From positions 121,677-185,676 of the forward strand of contig JAFQOP010000014.1 in the NCBI GenBank assembly GCA_017403155.1: a stretch of DNA of 64,000 nucleotides, written 5' to 3'. Source of the stretch: Clostridia bacterium (lineage in GTDB: Bacteria > Bacillota > Clostridia > Oscillospirales > CAG-272). Position numbers and translations under genes: made by a program. Below are positions 35,208 to 45,774 of this stretch, piece after piece. Below the pieces are notes generated by a model, which worked only from the letters and a program-made list of their open reading frames with translations, did no database searches and was not told the origin of the DNA. How positions within the stretch are numbered: position 1 is the first letter of the stretch; each line of letters opens with the position of its first letter.

Positions 35208-36302
35208 ATGAAGCTTGGTATCGTAGGACTTCCCAACGTTGGAAAGAGCACGCTCTTTAATGCTATAACAAACGCAGGCGCCGAGTCAGCAAACTATCCC
35301 TTCTGCACGATTGACCCGAACGTAGGAGTAGTAGCAGTACCCGACAAGAGGCTTGACAAGCTTGCCGAGATGTACAACCCCGAGAAATACACCCCCGCTG
35401 TTATCGAATTTGTTGATATTGCAGGACTTGTTCGCGGTGCGTCAAAGGGAGAGGGGCTTGGTAATAAATTCCTTGCCAACATCAGAGAGGTTGATGCTAT
35501 CGTACACGTTGTCCGTTGCTTTGTAAACGATGATATTATCCACGTTGAGGGCTCTATTGATCCTCTTCGTGACGTTGAAACAATAGATATTGAGCTTATT
35601 CTCTCCGACCTTGAGATAGTTGAGCGCGCCATAGAGAGAACCACCAAGGCTGCAAAGAGCGACAAAAAGCTCCTTGAGAAGCTTGAGGTGCTCGAGAAGG
35701 TGAAGAAGTGGCTCGAGGAGGGTAAGTGCGCCAGAGGTCTCGCTCTTGATGATGAGGAGCGCGCTCTTATCGAGGAATCCAGGCTCCTAACCCTGAAGCC
35801 TATTATCTACGTTGCCAACATAACCGAGGACGAGGTCGCAGGCGATTACGAAAACAATGAGGGATACAAGAAGCTTGCCGAGCACGCAAAGAGCGAGGGA
35901 AGCGAAATTATCGCTGTCAGCGCACAGATAGAGGCAGAGCTCGCCGAGCTTGAGGGCGAGGAGAAAATGAGCTTCCTTGCAGACCTGGGTATCGAGGAGA
36001 GCGGACTTGATAAGCTCATCAAGTCGGGATACTCCTTGCTCGGTCTCATCAGCTTCTTAACAGCAGGTCCCAAGGAGGTCCGCGCCTGGACAATAAAGAA
36101 GGGCACGAAGGCGCCCGGTGCGGCAGGCAAGATACACACCGACTTCGAGAGGGGCTTCATTCGTGCCGAGGTTGTTTCCTTTGACGATCTTGTTCGTGAG
36201 GGAGACCGCACAAAGGTAAAGGAAAAGGGGCTGCTTCGCAGCGAGGGCAAGGAATACGTGATGAAGGACGGAGATATCGTCGAATTTCTCTTCAACGTTT
36301 AA
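35208..36302 (+). CDS. ychF: Redox-regulated ribosome-binding ATPase YchF
   Basis: [25 protein letters not shown], and a C-terminal TGS-like [16 protein letters not shown]. Confidence 0.95.
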   Translation: MKLGIVGLPNVGKSTLFNAITNAGAESANYPFCTIDPNVGVVAVPDKRLDKLAEMYNPEKYTPAVIEFVDIAGLVRGASKGEGLGNKFLANIREVDAIVHVVRCFVNDDIIHVEGSIDPLRDVETIDIELILSDLEIVERAIERTTKAAKSDKKLLEKLEVLEKVKKWLEEGKCARGLALDDEERALIEESRLLTLKPIIYVANITEDEVAGDYENNEGYKKLAEHAKSEGSEIIAVSAQIEAELAELEGEEKMSFLADLGIEESGLDKLIKSGYSLLGLISFLTAGPKEVRAWTIKKGTKAPGAAGKIHTDFERGFIRAEVVSFDDLVREGDRTKVKEKGLLRSEGKEYVMKDGDIVEFLFNV

Positions 36303-38529
36303 TTTCATACGCCTGCGGATAATAAACAATCTCCGTATTTTTATAATACTCAAGTATATCCTGCGGTATAGCAAAATTCGTGCTTCCCAGAATAATCCTT
36401 TTGATTTCGGGGTAGATGTGGACTAGCTTCTCACCGTAATAACGTGCGCCGTGGCGCCCAAGTATCAGGGTTTTGCAGCCCTCGAGCAATGGGAGTGCCA
36501 CGGCTCTTGTTTTGTCATCCAGCATACCGGAGGATAGATACGTTATTGCATCATCCTCGCTGATAAGACAAAATGCAACCTTGCCGTCAGCTAGATCTCT
36601 GTAAGCAGGATACATCATAACCTCGCCAAGCTCAAAGAAATCACCTATATCATAGAATACAAGATGCGTTGTGCTGTATTCAAACGAGTCAATAAGCTCC
36701 CTTGCAAGAGCCCGCTCTCGCTCTACCTTAGGTAAGGGAAGATATATACTGTCAACGTATATATTTGAGCAAAGCTTGCTTGCCGAGGTGGATATTGATG
36801 GGGAATAGCCCGTATATATAAGGTTGTCAAGCTCACGTAGCTTCAATGACTTTACACTGTCAATAAGGTCGTAGGTTGACGTGCTTGTGGCGGAGCTTAT
36901 ATCAATTACAGTGCTCTCGTTATCCGTGGATATGTAGATAAGCTCGTTTGTTCCGTTGCACTCATAGTATATTTTCTCATCCCCTTTTGTATATGCATTA
37001 AGTCCAAAGGGAATTGCGTTGATCAATACAAAACATGATAAAAGAACTAACAAATAGTTTCGCTTTCGCTTTATTTTTACAAACAAAAACAGCACAGCAA
37101 GAAGTGTTAGTGCGACGGCAACAACAGTTACAATAGTATAATCTGCCGCAACATAAATTCCGTTTATCGAAGAAAACAACGATACAAGTCGAATTATCAT
37201 CTCTCCGACAGCCTCAACCAGCTTGCCAAGCCCGGCAGCACCTCCAAGGAGTATCGCAACAATACCAAGATACATGTACCCCTCGGTCAGAAGAGTTACT
37301 ATCGGGGAGAAAACGATTGCAACGACTGATATCGAGCCGAAGCTGAGATTCGATATCAGGACGGTTGCTGTTATTGCGAATACAGATATAATTATCGGGC
37401 TTAAAAGCCGATAAATTCTTGCTAACAATCGGTTAGAGCTATCATTTCTTTTCTCCGACATTTCGACGTAGACAAGCAAACCGAATGTTGAAAGAGCTGA
37501 AAGCCATAAGGAAATATCGTAAATAGAATAGGGCGCTGCAAGGCAAATCAGGCTCACCGAGATAAACAATGACGTAACAGAGTCTGACTTGCTCGCCAAC
37601 AGAAACAATATATCGGATATTATAAGCATAATCGAGGCGCGAACGACCGATACAGGAAAACCCGTGAGCGCAGTATATGCAATGCATAGAATTATCTCGG
37701 CAATCTTGCGTGCCTTTTTCCTGACACGGAGAGCGAGAAGGAGTCGGTTGACTCCGTACATAAGTATAACGAGATGCATTCCGCTGATTGCGAGAGTGTG
37801 GGTTGCACCTAGCCTTGTAAAAGCATGCCGTGTTAATCCGGAAAGGTGGTCTCTCTCACCGAGTAACAGCGCAACTAGAAGCCCGCCGCCGACCTCTCCC
37901 GTGATAGACGTAATATATGAGGCTACGCTGTCTCGTCTCTCGGATATCCAGCGCTCAAGGCCTCCGACGGAATTTCCTGAAACAGTGCAGGAGCTAAGGT
38001 CAACTATCTCTGCGGAGAATCCGCGAGCGCGATAATAGCCTCTGGAATCAAAATCGGAGCTATTCTCTATATCGGCAATTCTTCCGACAAGAGTTATTGC
38101 GGAATATTCCTTAATATCCTGCGTAAGGTCCTTTTCAATATATGCAATAACCTTTCTCTTTGTTTTTTCTCCGTTGATAGAATGAGTCAACAGCTCGGTG
38201 CTGTATCCGTATGAGCGCTCGTTAACGCTGGTTACGGTAGCAATTATCTCGCACTCCTCCGTATCCTCATACCTTGTATACAGATTGAAATATAAATTAA
38301 AATAAAGCGTGGAGATAAGAAACGAAATCAAAAGTGCCGTCGAGAGTGCAATCACCGTTGCTCTTTTTATATATAGCTTAATAGGGGAGAATATAAGAAC
38401 AAGTGCCACTGTCGCAAAAATCGAAACGAGTATAACAGATAGCACCAGTGGAATACCCGAAAAAATGACAAAGCCGCTAAGAAAGATACAAAGTATCAAA
38501 CTTAGCGGTCTTTTGTCGAAAACGTTCAT
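36292..38529 (-). CDS. comEC: ComEC/Rec2-family DNA internalisation channel protein with degenerate C-terminal metallo-beta-lactamase-like domain
   Basis: 745 aa, polytopic. Competence-domain motif GATHTLAISGMH. The C-terminal approx. 230 aa lack HxHxDH. Confidence 0.8.
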   Translation of the reverse strand: MNVFDKRPLSLILCIFLSGFVIFSGIPLVLSVILVSIFATVALVLIFSPIKLYIKRATVIALSTALLISFLISTLYFNLYFNLYTRYEDTEECEIIATVTSVNERSYGYSTELLTHSINGEKTKRKVIAYIEKDLTQDIKEYSAITLVGRIADIENSSDFDSRGYYRARGFSAEIVDLSSCTVSGNSVGGLERWISERRDSVASYITSITGEVGGGLLVALLLGERDHLSGLTRHAFTRLGATHTLAISGMHLVILMYGVNRLLLALRVRKKARKIAEIILCIAYTALTGFPVSVVRASIMLIISDILFLLASKSDSVTSLFISVSLICLAAPYSIYDISLWLSALSTFGLLVYVEMSEKRNDSSNRLLARIYRLLSPIIISVFAITATVLISNLSFGSISVVAIVFSPIVTLLTEGYMYLGIVAILLGGAAGLGKLVEAVGEMIIRLVSLFSSINGIYVAADYTIVTVVAVALTLLAVLFLFVKIKRKRNYLLVLLSCFVLINAIPFGLNAYTKGDEKIYYECNGTNELIYISTDNESTVIDISSATSTSTYDLIDSVKSLKLRELDNLIYTGYSPSISTSASKLCSNIYVDSIYLPLPKVERERALARELIDSFEYSTTHLVFYDIGDFFELGEVMMYPAYRDLADGKVAFCLISEDDAITYLSSGMLDDKTRAVALPLLEGCKTLILGRHGARYYGEKLVHIYPEIKRIILGSTNFAIPQDILEYYKNTEIVYYPQAYEIKR

Positions 38530-38556
38530 GATAGACTCCGAGTGAACTTATTTTGA

Positions 38557-39486
38557 TTAATCCTTGTAAAGATACTCGCAGCCCTTGGGAATTATAAAAT
38601 TAGCACCGTTCGGAACAGCGGTGAATTCGATGTTTTTCGCGCCCTTGATCTCGCCGTCGATACATACGGCAATCGGCTCGTCGAATTCCATCTTAAAATG
38701 AGATATTGATTTATAGCTTATAAGCTTTTGTGCGCGCTTGTTTTTTAGATGCGTACCCTTTTTGTATGAGCCGACAAGCGTCAAAAATTTAAACAGAGAA
38801 ACCTTGTCGATTGCGCAGAGATCAAACCTTCCGTCGGAAAGGTGTGCCTCTGGGGTGGCACAGAAGCCGCCGCCACAGAATTTTCCGTTTCCGATAGCGG
38901 TCAGTGTAAATATCTTCTCTACAATCTCACCGTCATCAAAGATAAGCTTCATCTTCGTACCTATCTTCTTGAATGCCATAACTATTATGCCAGCAATATA
39001 TGAGAAGCGCGCAGGGACAAACCAATGCTTCTTGAGTCTGTCCGCTTCCTTTACAACACCGCAGTCAAATCCGATGTTGACCATATTCACCGAATAATAA
39101 TCGTTGCATCTGATAAGGTCGATGGGCATAGAAGTGCCGTCAATCTGCGCATCAATATCCTCAAAGAGCTTTTTGTTAGAGAAGTTTCTGACAAAATCGT
39201 TGCCGGAGCCGCTCGGTATAACACCAAACTCGACGTTATCGTTGCAGGGGGCTCCGTTAATGATCTCATTGATAGTGCCATCACCGCCAATGCAGATAAA
39301 GCGCTGCTTCTCCTGGGAAATACGAACCATTGAAGCAACGTATTCGGGAGCATCGCCGGGCTGTGTTGTGTAGTATATGTGATAGCTCAGGCTGCGCTTC
39401 TGGCAAGCCTTTTTTATAAGATCCTCAAGATTGTGATACTTGCGCTTTCGACCCGACTTGGGATTTAGAATGAAATGATATATCAT
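38557..39486 (-). CDS. Diacylglycerol/lipid kinase (YegS/DagK family)
   Basis: NPKSG, CIGGDGTINE, IPSGSGNDF motifs. 309 aa. Confidence 0.85.
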   Translation of the reverse strand: MIYHFILNPKSGRKRKYHNLEDLIKKACQKRSLSYHIYYTTQPGDAPEYVASMVRISQEKQRFICIGGDGTINEIINGAPCNDNVEFGVIPSGSGNDFVRNFSNKKLFEDIDAQIDGTSMPIDLIRCNDYYSVNMVNIGFDCGVVKEADRLKKHWFVPARFSYIAGIIVMAFKKIGTKMKLIFDDGEIVEKIFTLTAIGNGKFCGGGFCATPEAHLSDGRFDLCAIDKVSLFKFLTLVGSYKKGTHLKNKRAQKLISYKSISHFKMEFDEPIAVCIDGEIKGAKNIEFTAVPNGANFIIPKGCEYLYKD

Positions 39487-39561
39487 AATTCCTCCGAGGG
39501 GAATACGTCTTTTGACAAACTGGTCACTGTCCTTATATTTAAAATGACAATAACTGTTATA

Positions 39562-39590
39562 ATTATAACAAATTTCGACAGCTTTGTCAA
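39562..39590 (-). promoter_or_regulatory. Consensus extended -10 sigma-A promoter for the lipid kinase gene
   Basis: On the minus strand: TTGACA (39590-39585), 17 nt spacer, TGtTATAAT (-10 at 39567-39562). The -10 lies inside the 16-bp palindrome TGTTATAATTATAACA (39555-39570). Confidence 0.55.
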
Positions 39591-39627
39591 GATGCTCTTA
39601 TTTTACGCGCAAAATTAAAGCAAAGAA

Positions 39628-40863
39628 CTATTTTTTTGCAGCTGCACGTATGAAGTCATAGTATGCCTTCGCCGCTTGCTCTGTCTTGTTGGTGCCAAAT
39701 GTGTAGTATCTTTTGCCGACAAGGTCCTTGGGCAGATAGTCCTGGAGCACGAAGTGATTCTCGTATTCATGAGGGTATTTATAGCCCTTGAAGAGGGGAG
39801 AGCGCAGATGCTCGGGAATTTCAAGTCCCTTGCCTTGATTTATATCCTCGCATGCCGCGTGATATGCCATATATGCGGAGTTAGACTTAGGTGCGGTTGC
39901 AAGCATACATACTGCATTAGCAAGCGGAATGCAAGCCTCGGGCATACCGAGCTGCTTCGCACTCTCTGTGCAGGAATATGTTATACTTGCTGCCAGTGGA
40001 TAAGCAAGTCCGATATCCTCGCTGGCAATGACGAGAAGACGTCTGCATGCAGATAAAAGGTCGCCGCCTGCAAGTATCTTTGCAAGATAGAATATCGCTG
40101 CATCGGGGTCTGAGCCGCGGATTGACTTCTGCAAGCAGGAGAGAAGGTCGTAGTGGACGTCTCCATCTCTGTCATAGTGTCCGACAACGTCGGGAATAAG
40201 GCTCTTAACACTCTCTATGTCAAACTCTTTGCCACAGATATAAAAAGCATTCTCCAGAATACCGATGCTCATTCTGACATCTCCGCCCGCCGCGCCTGCA
40301 ATTGCGAGGAGCACCCTTTCGTCTGCCGTTTTATTATCCGAAAAATCATTGTTAAGTATTTCAAGTGCACGAACAAGAGTAGGAACACAGTCCTTTGGCG
40401 TCACCGACTTAAATTCAAAGACAGAGGATCGGGAGAGCAGGGCATTGTAAACACAGTAATACGGATTCTCCGTTGTGGAGGCTATCAGTGTGATTTTGCC
40501 GTTCTCCATAAATTCAAGAAGCGACTGCTGCTGCTTCTTGTTGAAATACTGTATCTCGTCAAGATATAAGAGAGTTCCGTTCTCCGAAAGCAGACTTTCG
40601 CTTCCCGCAATTACCTCCTTGACATCTGCCAGCGAGGCGGTCGTTGCATTCAGCTTGTATAGCTGCATTCCGGACATTTTTGCAATTATATTGGCTATTG
40701 TTGTTTTTCCTGTACCGGGAGGGCCAAAGAAAACCATATTAGGTATTCTTCCGTTCTCGGTCAGCTTTCTTAAAATTCCGTTTTTTGATACAAGATGCGT
40801 CTGACCGGCAATTTCATCAAAGGTTGTTGGACGCATTCTGTCTGCGAGTGGCTTTAGTGTCAT
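39628..40863 (-). CDS. rarA: Replication-associated recombination protein A (RarA/MgsA AAA+ ATPase)
   Basis: [22 protein letters not shown], and the C-terminal MgsA domain motif (IRGSDPDAAIFYLAK). Confidence 0.9.
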   Translation of the reverse strand: MTLKPLADRMRPTTFDEIAGQTHLVSKNGILRKLTENGRIPNMVFFGPPGTGKTTIANIIAKMSGMQLYKLNATTASLADVKEVIAGSESLLSENGTLLYLDEIQYFNKKQQQSLLEFMENGKITLIASTTENPYYCVYNALLSRSSVFEFKSVTPKDCVPTLVRALEILNNDFSDNKTADERVLLAIAGAAGGDVRMSIGILENAFYICGKEFDIESVKSLIPDVVGHYDRDGDVHYDLLSCLQKSIRGSDPDAAIFYLAKILAGGDLLSACRRLLVIASEDIGLAYPLAASITYSCTESAKQLGMPEACIPLANAVCMLATAPKSNSAYMAYHAACEDINQGKGLEIPEHLRSPLFKGYKYPHEYENHFVLQDYLPKDLVGKRYYTFGTNKTEQAAKAYYDFIRAAAKK

Positions 40864-40875
40864 TGTTGCTCCTGG

Positions 40876-43023
40876 TTACGATATAGTAGAGTTATCGTGT
40901 AAAATGTATTTGTTGAGCTCCTCTCGAAGTCCGAGATGCTCGGAGTGGGAGAGGTTGGGGTCTTTTTGTACTATTTCTTTTGCAGCTGAAAAGGCTGTGT
41001 TGAATAGCTCACTGTCGTTACACAGCGAGGCTAGCTTAAAACTAAATCCACCGCTCTGGCGAAGTCCGTCATTGTCGGAGGAAGCGAAGAAGTCGCCGGG
41101 GCCGCGAAGTAAGAGATCCTTCTCCGCAATTTCAAAGCCGTCGTATGTTGTTCGCATAACCTCAAGTCTGGATGCGGAAGCCTCTGCGCCGCCGCCTGAT
41201 ACAAGAACGCAGTAGGATTTTTTGCTTCCTCTGCCGACTCTTCCGCGCAGCTGATGCAGCTGAGACAGACCGAAGCGTTCAGCGTTTTCAATAATCATAA
41301 GTGTAGCATTCGGCACGTTGACGCCGACCTCTACGACGGTTGTGGATACAAGCACCGAAATTTCCCCTCTCGAAAAGGCTGCCATAACTGCATCCTTTTC
41401 CTTCGCCTTCATTCTTCCGTGCAAGCATGCAACCTCAATATTACCTAACTTCTGCCGTAGATTTTCTGCATGCTCTACTGCATTTTTAAGATTTAGATCC
41501 GTTGCTTTTGTCCGGGAGAGCTCTGTCAGCGAGACGGGCTCAAATGCTGTATCAAGCTCATCGTCCCGTCGTTCTATAGACGGGCAAACAACGTAGCATT
41601 GACCGCCGAGGGCAACCTGCTTCTTTATAAAATCGCAAAGTCTGTCCCGATAGCTCTCATCTACGACGAAGGTATCCACCCTCTGCCTTCCGCTCGGCAT
41701 CTCCGTTATTCTTGATACGTCAAGATCTCCGTACATTGTAAGCGCAAGTGTTCTTGGAATAGGGGTTGCGCTCATTACCAGCATGTGAGCCCTCTTTGCC
41801 TTATCCTTGAGCACTGCTCTTTGGTTAACGCCGAAGCGGTGCTGCTCGTCTGTTATGATAAGCCCGAGATTTGCAAAGCTGATTTTGTCCGAGAGCAGTG
41901 CATGCGTGCCTATAACAATGTCGCACACACCGCTTTCTATATCGGCATATATTCTCTTTTTCTCCTTTGCCGTCGTAGAGCCCAGAAGCAGCTCGGTTTT
42001 TATTCCTAGCCTTTCATAAATCGCAGAGAGCTCCTTGTAATGTTGCCTTGCCAGAATTTCGGTAGGCGCCATAAGAGCCGCTTGATATTTTGATGATGCA
42101 CAGATATACATAGCAATCGTCGCACATACCGTTTTACCCGAGCCGACGTCGCCGACAATTATTCTTGCCATAGGCTTTATTCCGCCCTCATCACCGAGGA
42201 CGGTGTCACGGTATACGTCGTTGACCGCATTTTTTTGTCCGCGTGTTAGCTCATAGGGGATAATATTCAGAAGAGGAGCAAGATCGCATGGGTTGAATTT
42301 TACTCCCTCTGTCCTCTTTTTATATTGTGATGCCATCGAGATGCCAAGACCGAAGCAAAGCATTTCGTCAAACGCAAGGCGTCTCATAGCTCTGGCCAGA
42401 GCCTCGGCATCGGCAGGAAAATGTATGTTCTTCAGAGCATAGTTGAGGTTAGCTAATCCGTTTCTAAGCCTTATCTCCTCGGGGAGGTAGTCGACGGAGG
42501 AGGGCAAATATGCATCAAGCGCTGCCCTGGTAGTCTTTTCGACGAATTTTGAGCTTATGCCCTGGGTAAGAGAATAGATAGGCACGAATTGAGCCAGCTC
42601 GATTCCATCAACGTACGGCTCGTATTTTGGATTTGTAAGCTGCAATGTCCTTTTTTGTCGGGTCAGCTTACCCCAAAAACGGAACTGCGAGCCCGTGTGA
42701 AAAGTATCCTTGACAAACGGTGCATTAAAAAAGGTGACCTCACACACTCCACTCTCGTCAAATGCCCTGAATTTTGATATTGTCAGTCCCTTGCGAATTG
42801 CAGCACTTTTGACCTCGGATGCCACCGTCAGCAAAAATCCGTAGGAATTTTCGGTGTCAGCATATGCCAGAGGCAGAACGTTGCCGCGCTCCTCATACAT
42901 CCGCGGAAAATTGAAGACAAGATCTCTGACTGTATTAAGTCCGAGCCTTGCCAGCTGCTTTTCTCTCGTTGGGCCAACTCCCGCGATTTCTCCGACGGGG
43001 CTTGTTGGGTTTAACACCTTCAT
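40876..43023 (-). CDS. recG: ATP-dependent DNA helicase RecG
   Basis: Wedge domain plus SF2 helicase motifs GDVGSGKT, DEQHRFG, SATPIPRT, HGRM, QLHQLRGRVGRG. Confidence 0.95.
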   Translation of the reverse strand: MKVLNPTSPVGEIAGVGPTREKQLARLGLNTVRDLVFNFPRMYEERGNVLPLAYADTENSYGFLLTVASEVKSAAIRKGLTISKFRAFDESGVCEVTFFNAPFVKDTFHTGSQFRFWGKLTRQKRTLQLTNPKYEPYVDGIELAQFVPIYSLTQGISSKFVEKTTRAALDAYLPSSVDYLPEEIRLRNGLANLNYALKNIHFPADAEALARAMRRLAFDEMLCFGLGISMASQYKKRTEGVKFNPCDLAPLLNIIPYELTRGQKNAVNDVYRDTVLGDEGGIKPMARIIVGDVGSGKTVCATIAMYICASSKYQAALMAPTEILARQHYKELSAIYERLGIKTELLLGSTTAKEKKRIYADIESGVCDIVIGTHALLSDKISFANLGLIITDEQHRFGVNQRAVLKDKAKRAHMLVMSATPIPRTLALTMYGDLDVSRITEMPSGRQRVDTFVVDESYRDRLCDFIKKQVALGGQCYVVCPSIERRDDELDTAFEPVSLTELSRTKATDLNLKNAVEHAENLRQKLGNIEVACLHGRMKAKEKDAVMAAFSRGEISVLVSTTVVEVGVNVPNATLMIIENAERFGLSQLHQLRGRVGRGSKKSYCVLVSGGGAEASASRLEVMRTTYDGFEIAEKDLLLRGPGDFFASSDNDGLRQSGGFSFKLASLCNDSELFNTAFSAAKEIVQKDPNLSHSEHLGLREELNKYILHDNSTIS

Positions 43024-43152
43024 ATGAGATCTCCTTTCTCCGTTATATGTTTATTTTACACTATTTCTTCTGCCATTTCAATAAAAATATAAAAATAAAT
43101 GACTGAAATGAGCAGAATTTTAACTATATTTTGTAAAAATATTTTTTAATTC

Positions 43153-43181
43153 TTTACAACACTATATATTTGTGCTATAAT
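43153..43181 (+). promoter_or_regulatory. Sigma-A promoter upstream of gdpP
   Basis: TTTACA (43153-43158), 17 nt spacer, TATAAT (43176-43181). Confidence 0.45.
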
Positions 43182-43278
43182 ATAAAATAATTAAAATGGA
43201 TAAATGTTCGAATTCAAAAAAGATCATTGATGAACTCTGAAAAGCTCAAATTCATCTGATCGGAAAGGACAGTACTAC

Positions 43279-45282
43279 ATGTCTAGGAAAACGTTTTTTT
43301 CTGAGAAAAACAGGGTGCCGTTTGCATCCCGTCTTGACTTTGCAATATCTATTGTGCTAGCCTGCCTGAATATCGCACTTTTTGCGATACTCTCCACCTT
43401 TGTCAGCAGTGTTGAGCCGATATTCTTTGCGCTCATACTTATTGCCTTGTATCTTATTGAGATTGCTTTGCTTGGCATCAGACGCGCAGGAAGGGCAACA
43501 ATGTATCCCACAACGGATATATACGATCTTCTGAACGAGGAGGGCAGCGTTGTACTGAAAAACAATCACTCGCCCTTTATCGTCCTTAATTCGCACGGAA
43601 TAATTCTCTGGCACAACGAAGCGACCCGCTCGATTCTTCCTTTCCCCGAGAGCGTGATAGGCGATAGCATCGAATCCCTTTTTGATTCCGAAACCAAGGA
43701 GGCCATCTTTGCTTCAGCTCCCGTCTCCATCGGAAAGAAGATTTATGACGTTGAGGGCTTCAAAATATCCGAGGCAGGAGACGGACTGCATGCAATATCC
43801 CTCACCGACGTAACCGACCTTCGCGAGGCAGAGCGACGCTACAACGACGAGCGTGTTGCTGTTGCTTATATCGCTATTGATAACGTCGAGGATGTGCTTC
43901 AGTATATTCAGGAGAAGTTCCACGATGCGGTATCCGTCGTTGACTCCAAGCTCAAGGAATGGGCTGCATCGGTAAACGGAGTTATAAAATCATACGACAA
44001 CGATAAGTATATTATGTTCTTTGACTCTATGTATCTCGATGCTTGCATAGCTGACAGGTTTGCAATACTTGATACGATAAGAGAAACGAGAGTTGGCGAC
44101 GGAATATCCGTTACCGTGTCTATCGGTGTCTCTAGAATTGCAGGCTCGCTTGCCGAGAGAGAGGCGGCAGCAAGAGAGGCGATAGATATGGCACTCCAGC
44201 GCGGAGGAGACCAGGCGGTTTATAAAACCAAGGATACAACCGAGTATTTCGGCGGACGAACCAAGGCGGCATACAAGCGCTCAAACGTTCGCTCAAGAAC
44301 CTTTACCGCTGACCTGAGCGCAAGAATGGCACGTGCCGACAACGTAATCGTTATGGGTCACCGATTTGGAGACTTTGATTCATTTGGAGCCTCCGTAGGA
44401 ATTGCCAGACTCGGTATGCTCTGCGGTGTTAAGACAAATATTGCCGTCGATATGCACGACAAGAACCTCTCCCCGTGCATCAAGCTCCTCCAGGCTCACG
44501 AGACCTATGAGCAGATTTTTGTAGATAATGCAGAGGGACTTGATCTTGTCGGTCCCGACACACTTATTATCCTCGTCGACCACAACAGCATCGGCAGGGC
44601 ACAGTTTGAAAACATTGCAAGAAAGGTCGATAACATCGTTGTAATCGACCACCATAGAACGAATGATGTACTCTCGCCCGAGATTAAGCTCTCATATATC
44701 GAGCCGTCGGCTTCAAGCGCGTGTGAGCTCGTCAGCGAGATGCTTGAAAATGCGATAAGCTCCCAGAACCTTCTCAAGGAGGTTGCGGATATGCTTCTTG
44801 CAGGTATTCTCCTTGACACCAAGCAGTTTACCAGGAACACGGGCACGCGTACCTTCAGTGCAGCACAGTATCTGAGGGGCGCAGGCGCAAGTCCACAGGA
44901 CGTATACAACCTTTTCAAGACCTCCCCGAGCGATCTTGCCAAGGAGGCACGATTCCACACTCAGATCACCATCTATCGCTCTAACGTAGCGATTTCCTGC
45001 TGTGAGGGTGATACTGATGAGAGCTACCGAATAATCGCGTCGAAGGCTGCGGACAAAATGCTGACTCTGCAGGGAATCGAGGCGGCATTTACACTTGTAA
45101 GAATTGGTAACCATATTCATATATCCGGTCGCTCCAACGGCACGATAAACGTTCAGCTTATTCTTGAGAAGCTCAACGGCGGCGGACACTTTGACGTTGC
45201 GGGAGCGCAGGTTATATCAGAATCAATAGAAAACGTGCTTGACACATTGAAGGCAAGCATTGACGATTACTTTGAAGCATAA
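43279..45282 (+). CDS. gdpP: Cyclic-di-AMP phosphodiesterase GdpP (TM-PAS-degenerate GGDEF-DHH/DHHA1)
   Basis: Two N-terminal TMs, a PAS-like region, a GGDEF-like region, DHH motifs (GHRFGDFDSFGA, VDHN, VIDHH) and DHHA1 GGGH. Classic gdpP-rplI-dnaB synteny. Confidence 0.9.
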   Translation: MSRKTFFSEKNRVPFASRLDFAISIVLACLNIALFAILSTFVSSVEPIFFALILIALYLIEIALLGIRRAGRATMYPTTDIYDLLNEEGSVVLKNNHSPFIVLNSHGIILWHNEATRSILPFPESVIGDSIESLFDSETKEAIFASAPVSIGKKIYDVEGFKISEAGDGLHAISLTDVTDLREAERRYNDERVAVAYIAIDNVEDVLQYIQEKFHDAVSVVDSKLKEWAASVNGVIKSYDNDKYIMFFDSMYLDACIADRFAILDTIRETRVGDGISVTVSIGVSRIAGSLAEREAAAREAIDMALQRGGDQAVYKTKDTTEYFGGRTKAAYKRSNVRSRTFTADLSARMARADNVIVMGHRFGDFDSFGASVGIARLGMLCGVKTNIAVDMHDKNLSPCIKLLQAHETYEQIFVDNAEGLDLVGPDTLIILVDHNSIGRAQFENIARKVDNIVVIDHHRTNDVLSPEIKLSYIEPSASSACELVSEMLENAISSQNLLKEVADMLLAGILLDTKQFTRNTGTRTFSAAQYLRGAGASPQDVYNLFKTSPSDLAKEARFHTQITIYRSNVAISCCEGDTDESYRIIASKAADKMLTLQGIEAAFTLVRIGNHIHISGRSNGTINVQLILEKLNGGGHFDVAGAQVISESIENVLDTLKASIDDYFEA

Positions 45283-45298
45283 GGAGAAATAGGTAACA

Positions 45299-45742
45299 AT
45301 GAAGGTAATTTTACTTTGTGACGTAAAGGGGCAGGGCAAGAAGGACCAGATTATCAACGTATCGGACGGATACGCACGCAACTTCCTCTTTCCTCAGAAA
45401 AAAGCAATTCCTGCCGATGCCAAGGCTACGAGCGAGCTGAAGAGCAAGGAGGAGGCAAAGCAGTACAAAATTAACGAGGAGATCAAAGCGGCACGCGCTC
45501 TGGCAGACAGAATCAAAGCCGTTACCGTCGAGATAAAGATGGAGCACGGACAGGACGGCAGGCTCTATGGCTCCGTTACAGCCAAGGACATTGCCGAGGA
45601 GCTCAAGCGCATACTCTCCGTTGACATAGACAAGAGAAAGATTCAGCTAAGGGATCCTATCAAGGCATACGGCACATATACAGTAGACATAAAGCTTTTG
45701 CCCGAGGTCAGCGCGAGCTTCACCGTTAAGGTAGGCAACTAA
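45299..45742 (+). CDS. rplI: 50S ribosomal protein L9
   Basis: [36 protein letters not shown]. Confidence 0.95.
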   Translation: MKVILLCDVKGQGKKDQIINVSDGYARNFLFPQKKAIPADAKATSELKSKEEAKQYKINEEIKAARALADRIKAVTVEIKMEHGQDGRLYGSVTAKDIAEELKRILSVDIDKRKIQLRDPIKAYGTYTVDIKLLPEVSASFTVKVGN

Positions 45743-45774
45743 TCACATTTTCATTCAGATAGGAGATAGCTTCA

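Noticed and set aside
36292-36302. 11-nt overlap of the convergent 3' ends of ychF and comEC, with no terminator between them
   Set aside because: The overlap is real in the sequence, but convergent overlaps of this size are common. I see no structure or motif suggesting a specific mechanism.
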